This document shows, piece after piece, positions 26,565 through 37,069 of a stretch of 64,000 nt of DNA. How positions within the stretch are numbered: the first letter of the stretch is position 1; each line of letters opens with the position of its first letter. The DNA is taken from contig CAJUMU010000006.1 of NCBI GenBank assembly GCA_910587675.1, positions 1,741 to 65,740 on the forward strand. Direction: 5' to 3'. The position numbers and the translations under genes were made by a program. The DNA is from an uncultured Alistipes sp. GTDB lineage: Bacteria > Bacteroidota > Bacteroidia > Bacteroidales > Rikenellaceae. A model generated the notes under the pieces. That model was not told the DNA's origin and did no database searches. It worked only from the letters and a program-made list of their open reading frames with translations.

Positions 26565-27419
26565 ATGTACAAACTCATCGAATTCATACGCAGAATATAT
26601 GTTGTGCTATTGTTCATCGTTATCGAGGCAATAGCACTCAATTATTATGCGCACTCCTCATATTATACGCAGGCCAAGATCCTCTCGCACGCCAACCGCG
26701 TGACGGGAGGTGTGCAGAGCGCGATTTTCGGCGTGAGGCACTACTTCACCCTGCGCCACGAAAACGAACTCCTCTCCGAACGCATAGCCGATCTGGAGAT
26801 GGAGCTCGCCGTCTACCGCGAGCAAGTCGCCGCGGCGGGCATCGACTCGCTGCAACCGCACATCGACGAGCTGTCGCAATACCGCTACACCACGGCCCGC
26901 ATCGTGTCGAACAGCATCGCCCGCGACCGCAACTACATCACCCTCAACAGAGGCATAATGCACGGCGTGACGGAGAACATGGCCGTAATTTCGCCCGACG
27001 GAGTGATGGTGGGATACGTAATCGGGTGTTCGGAACGTTATTCGGTAGTGATGCCCCTGCTCAACATCGATTTCCGCACCAGCGGCAAGATCGCGGGCGA
27101 CGACCACTTCGGCTCGATCTCGTGGGGCGGCGGCAGTCCCTACAAAATGGAGATGACCGAGTTGTCGAAATACGCCGACATAGAGGTAGGCGACGAGGTG
27201 GTGTCGTCGGGACTCTCGCACTACTTTCCCGAAGGGGTGAAGATCGGGTACGTGGAGAGTTACAGTCTCAACGACACCCAGACCGCTTACGACGTGGTGA
27301 TACGGTTGGCCGCCGACGTGACGAAGATAAGCAACGTCATAGTGATCGAGAACCTCGATTACGGCGAGGTGTCGCATCTCGAAGACTCCGCGACGGGCGG
27401 CGCGGCCGCGGCGCAATAA
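26565..27419 (+). CDS. mreC: Rod shape-determining protein MreC
   Basis: 284 aa. N-terminal TM, coiled-coil (..LLSERIADLEMELAVYRE..), C-terminal beta-rich domain. Position between mreB and mreD. Confidence 0.85.
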   Translation: MYKLIEFIRRIYVVLLFIVIEAIALNYYAHSSYYTQAKILSHANRVTGGVQSAIFGVRHYFTLRHENELLSERIADLEMELAVYREQVAAAGIDSLQPHIDELSQYRYTTARIVSNSIARDRNYITLNRGIMHGVTENMAVISPDGVMVGYVIGCSERYSVVMPLLNIDFRTSGKIAGDDHFGSISWGGGSPYKMEMTELSKYADIEVGDEVVSSGLSHYFPEGVKIGYVESYSLNDTQTAYDVVIRLAADVTKISNVIVIENLDYGEVSHLEDSATGGAAAAQ

Positions 27420-27448
27420 ACCGCACGGCGGGCAAAAAGTAAAGACTT

Positions 27449-27964
27449 ATGCAAAGATATCTCTCATACGCGGGTGTGTTCGCGACGTTGGTGCTGTTGC
27501 AGATATTTCTGATCGACAACATCACGCTCAGCGTCTATTTCCATCCCCTCGTCTATGCGGCTTTCATAATCCTGCTGCCGCTCGACACCAAACCCGTATG
27601 GGTGCTGCTGCTCTCGGCCGCCATGGGGCTCACCATCGACGTGCTGACGGGCATGGGCGGACTCAACGTCATAGCAGCCACGGCGGCGGGCTTCATGCGT
27701 CCGTTGATCGTGACGCTGACATGCGGCCGCGCGTCGGGTCCCGACGACGCCGTTCCCGCGCTCTACCGCCTCACGCAGAAGAATCTGGCGTGGTACATGG
27801 CGGGAATGATCCTGCTCCACAGCTCGATCTATTTCCTGCTCGAATCGCTCTCGCTGCGCCATCTGCCGCACGCCCTGTTGCGTCTGGCGCTGAGCGACAT
27901 CGCCACCGCGGTATTCGTCTGGTACTTCATTAAATTGTTCATCGAAAAAATCCTCAACAAGTAA
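27449..27964 (+). CDS. mreD: Rod shape-determining protein MreD
   Basis: 171-aa polytopic membrane protein directly after mreC. Confidence 0.75.
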   Translation: MQRYLSYAGVFATLVLLQIFLIDNITLSVYFHPLVYAAFIILLPLDTKPVWVLLLSAAMGLTIDVLTGMGGLNVIAATAAGFMRPLIVTLTCGRASGPDDAVPALYRLTQKNLAWYMAGMILLHSSIYFLLESLSLRHLPHALLRLALSDIATAVFVWYFIKLFIEKILNK

Positions 27965-27967
27965 CGC

Positions 27968-29806
27968 ATGGCCGACAACGACGCACATATCCGCCGCGCC
28001 ATTCTCAAGTGGGTGGTATTAGGCGTTTTCGGAGTCATAGGATTCCGTGTCGCCTACATACAGCTCGTCGACACGAAGTACAAACGTCTCGCGGCGGGCA
28101 ACGTGCTGCGTTACGAGGTGCAATACGCCCCGCGCGGCGAGGTGGTCGACCGCAACGGCGAATTCCTCGTGCAGAGCAAGGAGTGTTACGACCTTATGGT
28201 CATCCACCGCGACATCGGCAAGCAGGGATTCGACACCGTGCGTTTCTGCAACATAGTGGGCATCACCAAGGAGAAACTCGTCGCCGCGCTCCGCAACGCC
28301 CGCATGCGCCCGCGCGCCCCGATGCTCATCGCCAACTATGTGTCGAAGGAGGTCAAGCTGCGCTTCGAAGAGTGCAATTTCCCGGGCTTCTACACCGTCT
28401 ACCGCACCGTGCGCCAATATCCGCGCAAGATAGGAGGCAACCTGCTGGGTTACGTGGGCGAGGTCAACGCCGATATCATCAAACGCAACCCCGAATACTC
28501 GGCGGGCGACTACATCGGCATGAGCGGCGTGGAGGCGGCATACGAGGATGAGCTGCGCGGCAAGGACGGCGTGAAGATCCTCGAGGTGGACACCCACGGA
28601 GCGATCAAAGGCTCCTACATGAACGGCGCGTTCGATTCGCTCCCCATCCCGGGCCGCATGCTGACATGCACCATCGACGCCCGCCTGCAAGCCTTCGCCG
28701 AGGAGTTGATGGAGGGCAAGGTGGGCGCCGTGGTGGCCATCGAACCCTCGACGGGCGAGATTCTGGTTATGGCGTCGTCGCCCACGTACGACCCCGACGA
28801 GCTGGTGGGCCGCGAACGAGGCAACAACTACATGGCGATGCTCTACAACAACCGCCAGCCGCTGTTCAACCGCGCCGTAAAGGCCAAGTATCCCCCCGGG
28901 TCGACGTTCAAGCTGGTGCAGGGGCTCATCGGCATGCAGGAGGGCGTCCTGCGCCCTTCGGATACCCACCCCTGCCACGACGGATATCACGTGGGGCGCA
29001 TCAGCCAGAAGTGCCACTCCCACTACTCGCCGCTCGATCTGCGCAGCGCGGTGGCGCAGTCGTGCAACGCCTACTTCTGTTACGTGTTCCGCGACATAAT
29101 CGAGAACCGCAAGTACGGCAGCGTGAAAAAAGGTCTCGAAGTGTGGGGCGAATACGTGCGCAGCTTCGGTTTCGGCCGCAAGCTCGAATCCGACTTCTTG
29201 GGCGAGGGAGGCGGCACGGTGCCAACGCGCGAGCTTTACGACAAACGCTACCGCAACTCGTGGAACGGGCTCACGGTGCTCTCGCTCTCCATCGGTCAGG
29301 GCGAGCTGGGCTGCACGCCCATGCAGATGGCCAACCTCGCCGCCACGATCGCCAACCGCGGCTACTACTACATACCTCACATCGTGAAGGCCGTCGAGGG
29401 GCGCGACTCGCTCGACAGCCGTTTCTACGAGAAACACTATACGAACGTCGACCCCCGACATTTCGAACCCATCGTCGAGGGCATGTGGAAGGGCGTGAAC
29501 ATCCCGGGCGCGGGCACCTCGTCGCAAGCCATGCTGCCCGGACTCGACGTGTGCGGCAAGACGGGCACGGCGCAGAATCCGCACGGGCAGGACCACTCGA
29601 CCTTCCTTTCGTTCGCCCCCAAGGACAATCCGCGCATAGCCATCTCGGTCTATGTGGAGAACGGCGGTTTCGGCGCGGCCGCCGCGCTGCCCATCGCCAG
29701 CCTGATAGAGGAGTTTTACCTCACCGACACCATCACGCGTCCCAAAATGCTGGAGAATGTGAAGAACATGCAAATATACTATCCCTACTATGCCAAAAAG
29801 AGGTAA
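27968..29806 (+). CDS. mrdA: Penicillin-binding protein 2 (elongasome transpeptidase)
   Basis: 612 aa. Transpeptidase motifs STFK (..PGSTFKLV..), SxN region and KTGTA. Confidence 0.9.
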   Translation: MADNDAHIRRAILKWVVLGVFGVIGFRVAYIQLVDTKYKRLAAGNVLRYEVQYAPRGEVVDRNGEFLVQSKECYDLMVIHRDIGKQGFDTVRFCNIVGITKEKLVAALRNARMRPRAPMLIANYVSKEVKLRFEECNFPGFYTVYRTVRQYPRKIGGNLLGYVGEVNADIIKRNPEYSAGDYIGMSGVEAAYEDELRGKDGVKILEVDTHGAIKGSYMNGAFDSLPIPGRMLTCTIDARLQAFAEELMEGKVGAVVAIEPSTGEILVMASSPTYDPDELVGRERGNNYMAMLYNNRQPLFNRAVKAKYPPGSTFKLVQGLIGMQEGVLRPSDTHPCHDGYHVGRISQKCHSHYSPLDLRSAVAQSCNAYFCYVFRDIIENRKYGSVKKGLEVWGEYVRSFGFGRKLESDFLGEGGGTVPTRELYDKRYRNSWNGLTVLSLSIGQGELGCTPMQMANLAATIANRGYYYIPHIVKAVEGRDSLDSRFYEKHYTNVDPRHFEPIVEGMWKGVNIPGAGTSSQAMLPGLDVCGKTGTAQNPHGQDHSTFLSFAPKDNPRIAISVYVENGGFGAAAALPIASLIEEFYLTDTITRPKMLENVKNMQIYYPYYAKKR

Positions 29807-31253
29807 CAACGCGCAAATGCCGCTCTTCGAGGGGGTCGACCGCATAGCCGTCATCCTCTACCTGCTGCTCGTGGCGGCGGGCATGGTCTGCATCACCTCG
29901 GCGTCGTACAACGACAGCATCGAGGAGGTCTTCTCGTTCAAACACTTCTACATGAAGCAGGTGATATGGATCGGCGCGGCCTTCGGCACGGCGCTCTTCA
30001 TCCTGCTCCTCGACTCGCGATACTACCACATGTACGCATATTACGCCTATGCGGCGGGTATCCTGCTCATCGCGGGAACGCTGGTGCTGCCCGAAAAGAT
30101 AGCCCCGGTAGTGAACGGCGCGAAGGCGTGGTACAAATTCAGCGAATCGGTGCGAATCCAGCCCGTGGAATTCGCCAAGATAGCCACCGCACTGGCCGTG
30201 GCGCGCATCATGAGCAACTACTCGTTCTCCATCAAACGCATAGGCGACCTTTTCAGGGTGGGGCTCATAATCATGCTGCCGATGGCCATCATCGTATTGC
30301 AGAACGACACGGGATCGGGCGTGGTGCTCTGCTCGTTTCTGTTCGTGCTCTACCGCGAGGGTCTGAACAAATGGATCTGCATCCCGATCCTCATGGTAGC
30401 CGCGCTGTTCATCTCGTCGTTCCTCTTCACGCCGCTGTTCCTGCTGTCGCTTCTGGTGCTCATCTTCACCATCTCCGACGCCATGATGATAGGCGCGTGG
30501 CGCGAGCACATAGTGTTTCTGGCAAGCGTAGGAGTGGCGACGCTCGCGCTCTACACCCTCTCGCTGCTGCTGTGGGACAGAGCCTTGAGCGCATACGTCT
30601 GCATGCTCATCGTGATGATAGCCGCCGTGGTCGTCGTCGCGCTGCTGGCCGTGAAGAAGAACATAGCGTCGATATTCCTCACGCTGGCCCTCTTCGTCGG
30701 CTCGATGATCTTCGTGCCCACCACCGACATAATATTCGAATCGATACTCAAACCCCACCAGCGCGAACGCATACTCAGCTTCCTCGGCATCGTGAGCGAC
30801 CCGAGCGGCGCGGACTACAACGTCAACCAGTCGAAGATCGCCATCGGCTCGGGCGGATTGTTCGGCAAGGGGTTCATGCAAGGCACGCAGATAAAGTACA
30901 ACTTCGTCCCCGAGAAACACACCGACTTCATCTTCTGCACCGTGGGCGAGGAGTGGGGATTCGTCGGCGCGGCGTTGGTTCTGGGTCTGCTCTGCGCGCT
31001 CATACTGCGCCTGATGAAGATAGGCGAACGCCAGCAGGAGCCGTTCAGCCGTATTTACAGCTACTGCGTGGCGTCGATACTGCTGTTCCACGTGCTGGTG
31101 AACGTCGGCATGACGATAGGACTCATGCCCGTAATGGGCATCCCGCTGCCGTTCATGAGTTACGGAGGATCGTCGCTCGTGGCGTTCACCATATTGGTGT
31201 TCATAGCCATACGACTCGACGCCTCGCCCCGCAAGGGACTTTCGGAATGGTAA
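29790..31253 (+). CDS. rodA: Rod shape-determining protein RodA (SEDS family)
   Basis: 487 aa. FtsW/RodA/SpoVE blocks (..TDFIF..GEE.GF.G.., ..G..P..G.PLPF.SYGGSS..). Alternative ATG at 29817 lies just after the mrdA stop. Confidence 0.9.
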   Translation: MPKRGNNAQMPLFEGVDRIAVILYLLLVAAGMVCITSASYNDSIEEVFSFKHFYMKQVIWIGAAFGTALFILLLDSRYYHMYAYYAYAAGILLIAGTLVLPEKIAPVVNGAKAWYKFSESVRIQPVEFAKIATALAVARIMSNYSFSIKRIGDLFRVGLIIMLPMAIIVLQNDTGSGVVLCSFLFVLYREGLNKWICIPILMVAALFISSFLFTPLFLLSLLVLIFTISDAMMIGAWREHIVFLASVGVATLALYTLSLLLWDRALSAYVCMLIVMIAAVVVVALLAVKKNIASIFLTLALFVGSMIFVPTTDIIFESILKPHQRERILSFLGIVSDPSGADYNVNQSKIAIGSGGLFGKGFMQGTQIKYNFVPEKHTDFIFCTVGEEWGFVGAALVLGLLCALILRLMKIGERQQEPFSRIYSYCVASILLFHVLVNVGMTIGLMPVMGIPLPFMSYGGSSLVAFTILVFIAIRLDASPRKGLSEW

Positions 31254-31284
31254 ACAAACATTGCAAAACAAGCATTACGCAACT

Positions 31285-32274
31285 ATGATATTCGTATACT
31301 ACATCCTCACGGCCGCGGCCGTCGTATGGTTCTCGATCGCCGCTTCGCGCTACATCGACATGATCGACCGCACCACCCGCCTCTCGGGAGCTTTCCTCGG
31401 CGGAGTGCTCCTGTCGGCCGTCACATCGCTGCCCGAACTCTTCACCAGCATCTCCGCCACGGTGCTCATCGACAACCCTAGCCTCTGCATAGGCAATATT
31501 TTGGGCAGCAATCTGTTCAATTCGGGAATGTTAGCCGTCGTGATACTCTTTTTCCTATGCCGATTCTCTGCGACGAAGCTGTCGCGCAGCCACGGCTATG
31601 TGGTAGGATTCCTGCTTTTGATGTATTGCGCCGTCGCGGCCAACATGCAGGGATGGATATCGGCCGACATCATATTGGACAACAGCGAATTTCCGTGGTT
31701 GTACGTAAACGTCACCTCGTTGCTGCTCATAGCGTTCTATGTCATGTCGATACGTTATCTGGCCGCCGACAACGTATCGGCCGCGGCCGATGCGCCGCAG
31801 AGCGACGACGATAATGCGACCGATCTGTCGCTGCGCACCATAGTGGTGCGCTTCACTCTGGCGAGCTTGGGAATCATCGCGGCGAGCATCGCGCTGACAT
31901 ACATCACCGACGACATAGCCGCTGCCTACAATCTCGGATCGGGACTGGCGGGAGCGTTGTTCCTCGGCGTAGCCACCTCGCTGCCCGAGGTCACCTCCAC
32001 CATATCGCTCTTCCGCATGCGAAATTTCGACATAGCGTTCGGCAACATCATCGGCAGCAACGTATTCAATTTCTTCGTGCTGGCCATCGCCGATCTGCTC
32101 TATGCGGGTTGCGGCGTCTACGACTTCTCGGACGACAAGGTGGTAAACCTCACCCTTTTCGGCATAGCGGCCTCGGTGGCCACTCTCGTCATGCTGCGCT
32201 GCCGCGCCGCATGGGCCAAAGCCGTGTGCGCCGCCCTGACCGCCGCATGCTACATAGCGTTTCTGGCGGTATAG
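31285..32274 (+). CDS. Sodium/calcium exchanger family (CaCA, YrbG-like) membrane protein
   Basis: Two alpha-repeat motifs, GNILGSNLFN and GNIIGSNVFN. ATG at 31285 preferred over the TTG at 31261 used by the ORF track. Confidence 0.8.
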   Translation: MIFVYYILTAAAVVWFSIAASRYIDMIDRTTRLSGAFLGGVLLSAVTSLPELFTSISATVLIDNPSLCIGNILGSNLFNSGMLAVVILFFLCRFSATKLSRSHGYVVGFLLLMYCAVAANMQGWISADIILDNSEFPWLYVNVTSLLLIAFYVMSIRYLAADNVSAAADAPQSDDDNATDLSLRTIVVRFTLASLGIIAASIALTYITDDIAAAYNLGSGLAGALFLGVATSLPEVTSTISLFRMRNFDIAFGNIIGSNVFNFFVLAIADLLYAGCGVYDFSDDKVVNLTLFGIAASVATLVMLRCRAAWAKAVCAALTAACYIAFLAV

Positions 32275-32288
32275 CGAAAGGAGTGACG

Positions 32289-32885
32289 TCACTCCTCCAC
32301 GAAGGCGTCCAGCTCGCAATAGACTCTCTGCACGGGCAGTCCCATCACGTTATAGAACGAACCTTCTATACCCTCGATGCCGACATACCCGATCCACTCC
32401 TGAATGCCGTAACCGCCCGCCTTGTCCATCGGGCGGTAGTTGTCGACATAATAATCGATCTCCTCGTCGGCGAGTCGGCGGAAACGCACCTGCGAACGGG
32501 CCGAGAAACTGCGCACGCGCTCGTCGTCGCGCAACGTCACGCCCGTTATAACCTCGTGCTCGCGCCCCGACAACCGACGCAGCATATCCACCGCCGCATC
32601 GCGGTCGGCGGGTTTGCCGAGCACCGCGCCACCCGCCACGACCACCGTGTCGGCCGTCAGCAGAATGTCCCGCGCCTCCAACACCGCGGGATAAGCCTCG
32701 CTTTTCAACCGCGACAGATACTCCGCCACTTCGGCGGCAGGCAAATCGGCGGGATAGATCTCCTCGCATTCGAAACGCTCGGCGAGCGTGTGTTCCAATC
32801 CCGCGTCCGACAGCAATTGTCGGCGGCGCGGCGATTGCGACGCCAAAATAAGGCGATAGCGTTTGAGTTTTTCGTGTAACAGCAT
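32289..32885 (-). CDS. maf: Maf-like nucleoside triphosphate pyrophosphatase
   Basis: 198 aa. LASQSPRRRQLL N-terminal motif and ..GAY.IQ-type C-terminal block (GGYGIQEW). Confidence 0.9.
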   Translation of the reverse strand: MLLHEKLKRYRLILASQSPRRRQLLSDAGLEHTLAERFECEEIYPADLPAAEVAEYLSRLKSEAYPAVLEARDILLTADTVVVAGGAVLGKPADRDAAVDMLRRLSGREHEVITGVTLRDDERVRSFSARSQVRFRRLADEEIDYYVDNYRPMDKAGGYGIQEWIGYVGIEGIEGSFYNVMGLPVQRVYCELDAFVEE

Positions 32886-32957
32886 ATTTAAATATATAAA
32901 ATGGCCGCAGCCAGCGCGACTCTGACGCGTCGCATTTTAACTACTTCGACCTGCATA

Positions 32958-33041
32958 TCGGAGCGCAGCGACCGAAGTCCCCTCCGAGGAGGGGATTTAG
33001 GGGAGGGTCAGACTTGTAAACGCGGCCAAAGGCCGCGGGTA
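32958..33041 (+). repeat. 84-bp intergenic element family B, copy 1
   Basis: TCGGAGCGCAGCGACCGAAGTCCCCTCCGAGGAGGGGATTTAGGGGAGGGTCAGACTTGTAAACGCGGCCAAAGGCCGCGGGTA. The reverse complement of 59394-59477 differs at one position. Confidence 0.9.
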
Positions 33042-33098
33042 GACGACCATCGGATTTAATCTTGCGATACAGTAATACAAATACATCGAAATATGTAA

Positions 33099-33722
33099 TT
33101 ACCTTATATCGAAATCGAGCAGGGTCCGCCCGCCCAACCGCGCGCGAATATTGTCGCCCCGCACCACGGGTCCCACGCCGACGGGGGTTCCCGTAAAGAT
33201 CAAATCGCCGATCCGCAGCGTCATGAACCGCGACACGTAACTTACGATCTCGTCCACCGTGAAAACCATCTCTTCGGTGCGGCCTCGCTGGCGCACCTCG
33301 CCGTTCATCTCCATCTCGAACTCCAGCCGCTGCACGTCGCCGCCCAGCTCCGCGAGCGGTATGAACTCGGGCGAAAGCGCCGCCGAGTGGTCGAACCCCT
33401 TGCACAACTCCCACGGCAGCCCTTCGGCTATGGCCTCGCGCTGACGGTCGCGCGCCGTGAAGTCGATGCCGAGCCCCACCTCGTCGTAACAACGATGGGC
33501 GAAACGCCGGTCGATGCACTTCGCCAAACGGTTGATCCTCACCACCAGCTCGCACTCGTAATGCACCTCGTCCGAAAACGAGGGCACGTAAAACGGATCG
33601 TTGTTGCGCAACAACGCCGTGTCGGGTTTCAGAAAAAAGACGGGTTCGCGCGGCACCTCGCCGCCGTCATGCAACTCGGCCGCATGGGCGGCATAGTTGC
33701 GAGCCATGCAAATTATCTTCAT
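33099..33722 (-). CDS. Fumarylacetoacetate hydrolase (FAH) family protein
   Basis: 207 aa from ATG at 33722 (MKIICMARNYAAHAAEL..). FAH-fold blocks ..VFFLKP.., ..YE.ELV.., ..GDLIFTGTPVGVG... ATGA overlap with the lpxB stop. The upstream 58-codon extension in the ORF track is Arg/Gly-rich and was rejected. Confidence 0.85.
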   Translation of the reverse strand: MKIICMARNYAAHAAELHDGGEVPREPVFFLKPDTALLRNNDPFYVPSFSDEVHYECELVVRINRLAKCIDRRFAHRCYDEVGLGIDFTARDRQREAIAEGLPWELCKGFDHSAALSPEFIPLAELGGDVQRLEFEMEMNGEVRQRGRTEEMVFTVDEIVSYVSRFMTLRIGDLIFTGTPVGVGPVVRGDNIRARLGGRTLLDFDIR

Positions 33723-34855
33723 CGTTTCAACATCTTCAAATCCTCGACCATCCGCGCGGCGAACCGTTCGCTCGCGCCGTCGCCGCCGATTATGCGCCGC
33801 AACTCCGCAAAGTCGGCCTTCATCCGCTCGCGCTCGGCGCCTCCCTCCAGCACGGCCCGCAGCTCCGCCTCGGCATACTCCACGCTCGGCCGACACTGCA
33901 CTATCTCTCGCACCGCCTCGCGCCCCAGATTCAGATTCACCAGCGACACGTAAGGAATCTTAAGCACGTAAGGCTTCAGCTTCTCGTAAATCCACGGCAC
34001 GCCGTACACCACCACTTCGGGCACATCGAGCAGAGCCGTCTCCAGCGTCGCCGTGCCCGACGTCACCACAGCCGCCTCGGCGACGGCGAGAAGCTCGTAA
34101 GTCTTGTCGAACACATACCTCACGGCCGTACCCGCAGTGCAGCGATCGTACTCGGCGCGGTCGATCCACGACACCCCCGCCACCACGAACTGACGGTCGG
34201 GAATACGCTCCGCCAACTCGGCCATGAAGCGCAAATTGGCGCGTATCTCGCTTCGGCGGCTGCCCGCCAGCAACGCCACCGCGGGACGGCCGTCCAACCC
34301 GTTCTCGCGGCGGAACTCCTCGGCCGATGGGAACGACTCGCGGCGGCGCGCTATGGCATCCATCAACGGATTGCCCTCGAACGCGGCGTCGATGCCCTTG
34401 CGACGGAAATACTCTTTCTCGAACGGGAAAATTATATACAGCCTATCGACGAACCGCCTCAACGCCTTCACGCGCCACTCCTTCCACGCCCACACCTTCG
34501 GCGCGATGTAGTAGAACACCTTAAGGCCGTGACGGTGGGCGAACTCGGCCATCTTGACGTTGAATCCCGGGTAATCGATCAAAATCAACACGTCGGGCGC
34601 GAAACGCAAAACGTCCTCGCGACACTCGCGCATCTGTCGGGCGATGGTCCCCAGATTGGCCAGCACGTCGGCGATACCGAAAAACGAGGTCTCGCGATAG
34701 TGCTTCACCAGATTCGCGGCCCCGCCCGCCTCGGCCATCATGTCGCCGCCCCAGAAGCGGAACTCCGCCTCGGGGTCGGCCTTCGCCAATCCGCGCATCA
34801 GATTCGCGCCGTGCAGGTCGCCCGAGGGCTCGCCCGCTATAAGATAGTATCGCAT
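33719..34855 (-). CDS. lpxB: Lipid-A-disaccharide synthase
   Basis: 378 aa. MRYYLIAGEPSGDLHGANLM N-terminus and a GT19 C-terminal block (..SGTATLE.AL...P.VV.Y..). Confidence 0.9.
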   Translation of the reverse strand: MRYYLIAGEPSGDLHGANLMRGLAKADPEAEFRFWGGDMMAEAGGAANLVKHYRETSFFGIADVLANLGTIARQMRECREDVLRFAPDVLILIDYPGFNVKMAEFAHRHGLKVFYYIAPKVWAWKEWRVKALRRFVDRLYIIFPFEKEYFRRKGIDAAFEGNPLMDAIARRRESFPSAEEFRRENGLDGRPAVALLAGSRRSEIRANLRFMAELAERIPDRQFVVAGVSWIDRAEYDRCTAGTAVRYVFDKTYELLAVAEAAVVTSGTATLETALLDVPEVVVYGVPWIYEKLKPYVLKIPYVSLVNLNLGREAVREIVQCRPSVEYAEAELRAVLEGGAERERMKADFAELRRIIGGDGASERFAARMVEDLKMLKR

Positions 34856-34870
34856 AGTGCCGATTTTTAG

Positions 34871-35560
34871 TTATCGTTCCGTCTTGTCGGCCAACAGATC
34901 GGGCCGCAACCGCTGCGTGCGCTCCCACGACTGCTCATCCTGCCACTTCTCGATCTCGGCGAAGTTGCCCGACAACAACACGTCGGGCACGCGCCAGCCG
35001 TTGAACTCGGCGGGACGGGTATAGACGGGCGGAGCGAGCATATCGTCCTGAAAACAGTCGGTCAACGCCGACGCCTCGTCGCCGATGGCTCCCGGGATGA
35101 TGCGCACCACCGAATCGGCTATGATGCAGGCCGCCAGCTCGCCGCCCGTAAGCACGTAATCGCCTATCGATATCTCGCGGGTAATCAAGTGCTCGCGGAT
35201 GCGGTGGTCGACGCCCTTGTAATGGCCGCAGAGGATTATGATGTTCTCCAGCATCGAGAGGCGATTGGCCTCGTGCTGGTCGTAACGCACCCCGTCGGGC
35301 GAGGTGAAGATCACCTCGTCGTACGCGCGTTCGCTCTTGAGTTTCTCTATGACGCGGAATATCGGTTCGGGCTTCATCACCATGCCCGCCTCGCCGCCGA
35401 AGGGATAGTCGTCCACGGTGCGGCGTTTGTCGTCGGTATAGTCGCGAAGGTTGTGCACCACGATTTCGGCCAACCCCTTCTCCTGCGCCCGTTTGAGGAT
35501 CGACTCGTTGAGAGGCGAAGCCAGCAGCTCGGGCACCACGGTAATAATATCTATTCTCAT
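34871..35560 (-). CDS. trmD: tRNA (guanosine(37)-N1)-methyltransferase
   Basis: 229 aa. [11 protein letters not shown].., ..[10 protein letters not shown].., ..[11 protein letters not shown].. SPOUT knot motifs. Confidence 0.95.
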   Translation of the reverse strand: MRIDIITVVPELLASPLNESILKRAQEKGLAEIVVHNLRDYTDDKRRTVDDYPFGGEAGMVMKPEPIFRVIEKLKSERAYDEVIFTSPDGVRYDQHEANRLSMLENIIILCGHYKGVDHRIREHLITREISIGDYVLTGGELAACIIADSVVRIIPGAIGDEASALTDCFQDDMLAPPVYTRPAEFNGWRVPDVLLSGNFAEIEKWQDEQSWERTQRLRPDLLADKTER

Positions 35561-36312
35561 CGCTGATGTTTTTCGTATCTGAAAATTATGTCGCGGCCGT
35601 CGTCGCCGCCTCCGTCGCGCAAAGGATGCTCCGCCCCGTCGTCGCCCAACGTGAAGGCTTCATAGCCCATCTCGGCGAACATGCCGCGGACAATACGCCT
35701 GTTCTCGCCGTCGGTCTCAACCAGCACCGTGGGACGATGCCGCTCGATCAGGCCGCGCATCTCGCGCAGCACCACCGTTTCGTATCCCTCTATGTCGCAC
35801 TTGATGAAGTCTATGCGCTCCGCCTCAGCGAACACCTCGCTGCCGCGCCGCATCCGCGCCGTGAACCTCACCGCCTCCGACGACGCGCCGCCCTCGTTCA
35901 CGAAGTTGCGCCCCGTGCCGAAATAGCCCGCCGAAGCGACCGAGTCGTTGGCCATCTCTATCTCGCCCTCGCGCTCGCCCAGAGCGCAATTCAGAAGCGT
36001 GACATTGCGCCGACGGCGGAGATTGCGCCGCAGCACGTCGAATATTACGGGCACGGGCTCCACGGCATACACATGCCCTTCGTCGCCGACCAGACGCGAC
36101 AGCGGCGAGGAGTAATACCCCAGATTGGCCCCGATGTCGATCGCTGTGTCGCCCTCGCGCACGAGCGCGGGCAGATGGTAGACATACTCCAAGGCCCGCG
36201 AGCGTCGGCCGAGGCCCAACGCCCGACAGATGAAGAACATGCGGCTCACCACCCGCAGATAACGCTCCAGCGGCAGCAGACGGTAGAGCAGCCTGTGCAA
36301 CGCCCTACTCAT
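35557..36312 (-). CDS. FkbM family methyltransferase
   Basis: 251 aa. ..[10 protein letters not shown].. SAM-binding motif and ..[12 protein letters not shown].. FkbM signature. ATGA overlap with the trmD start. Confidence 0.8.
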   Translation of the reverse strand: MSRALHRLLYRLLPLERYLRVVSRMFFICRALGLGRRSRALEYVYHLPALVREGDTAIDIGANLGYYSSPLSRLVGDEGHVYAVEPVPVIFDVLRRNLRRRRNVTLLNCALGEREGEIEMANDSVASAGYFGTGRNFVNEGGASSEAVRFTARMRRGSEVFAEAERIDFIKCDIEGYETVVLREMRGLIERHRPTVLVETDGENRRIVRGMFAEMGYEAFTLGDDGAEHPLRDGGGDDGRDIIFRYEKHQR

Positions 36313-36973
36313 ACCGCACTTCGTTGTTCATGACCTCCGTTACGAAGGGGTTGTAAAGAGCCTCGTGGCCCAAATCGGTCTCCTCGCCGTGACCCGGGTA
36401 GACCTTCACGTCGTCGCCCAGCGGCATTATCTTGTCCAGAATCGACCGCATGATCCACGAGTAGTCGCCGCCCGGCAGATCGGTGCGGCCTATGCTCTCG
36501 CGAAAGAGCGTGTCGCCCGTAAAGAGCGACTTCGATAGCGGTTCATATAACGCCACATGCCCGGGAGTGTGGCCCGGAGTCGATATGATCCGAAGCTCGG
36601 TTCGGCCGAAGCTCACCGCGTCGCGGCCGTCGAGGTCGATATCTATGCGCTCGGGCATATCTCCCGCCCGCACCCCGAAAAGCTCGGCGCTCGTCGACGA
36701 GGCCTTCAACAGAAACTCGTCCTTCGACGATAGGGCGAAGGGCGCGCCGTAACGGCGGCACACGAAATCGACGCCCAGCAGATGGTCGAAATGGCCGTGG
36801 GTGTTGATCGCCAGAACGGGTTTCAGCTCCCGCTCGGCCAAAAAGCCCTCCAATGCGGCGTTCTCGCGCTCGGTCATGTTGCCCGCGTCGATCACGGCCG
36901 CCTGCCGCGTGTCGTCCCACACCACATAGGTGTTCTCCTGCAACGGATTAAAAACAAGTCTTGCTATATTCAT
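36305..36973 (-). CDS. MBL-fold metallo-hydrolase (hydroxyacylglutathione hydrolase-like)
   Basis: 222 aa. HGHFDH metal motif, ..TPGHTPGH.., ..GDTLF..S.GR.DL.. Confidence 0.85.
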   Translation of the reverse strand: MNIARLVFNPLQENTYVVWDDTRQAAVIDAGNMTERENAALEGFLAERELKPVLAINTHGHFDHLLGVDFVCRRYGAPFALSSKDEFLLKASSTSAELFGVRAGDMPERIDIDLDGRDAVSFGRTELRIISTPGHTPGHVALYEPLSKSLFTGDTLFRESIGRTDLPGGDYSWIMRSILDKIMPLGDDVKVYPGHGEETDLGHEALYNPFVTEVMNNEVRYE

Positions 36974-37069
36974 ATTTTCGAATTTTATCGTTATGATTTG
37001 TTCCGTGTCAAAGTTACTAATTTTACGCCAATACCGAAAATCCCGACCCTCGGGCCGACTGCCTCCGCG

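Noticed and set aside
33723-33896. 58-codon N-terminal extension of the FAH-family ORF
   Set aside because: The extension lies inside the lpxB coding region and is Arg/Gly-rich. The internal ATG at 33722 gives a canonical FAH N-terminus and an ATGA overlap with the lpxB stop. Similar upstream extensions were trimmed for rnfB (47647-47985), trkA (57261-57389), the VanX-like gene (37781-37852), the zinc-ribbon gene (50646-50717), rubredoxin (42387-42536) and rnfC (46719-46748).
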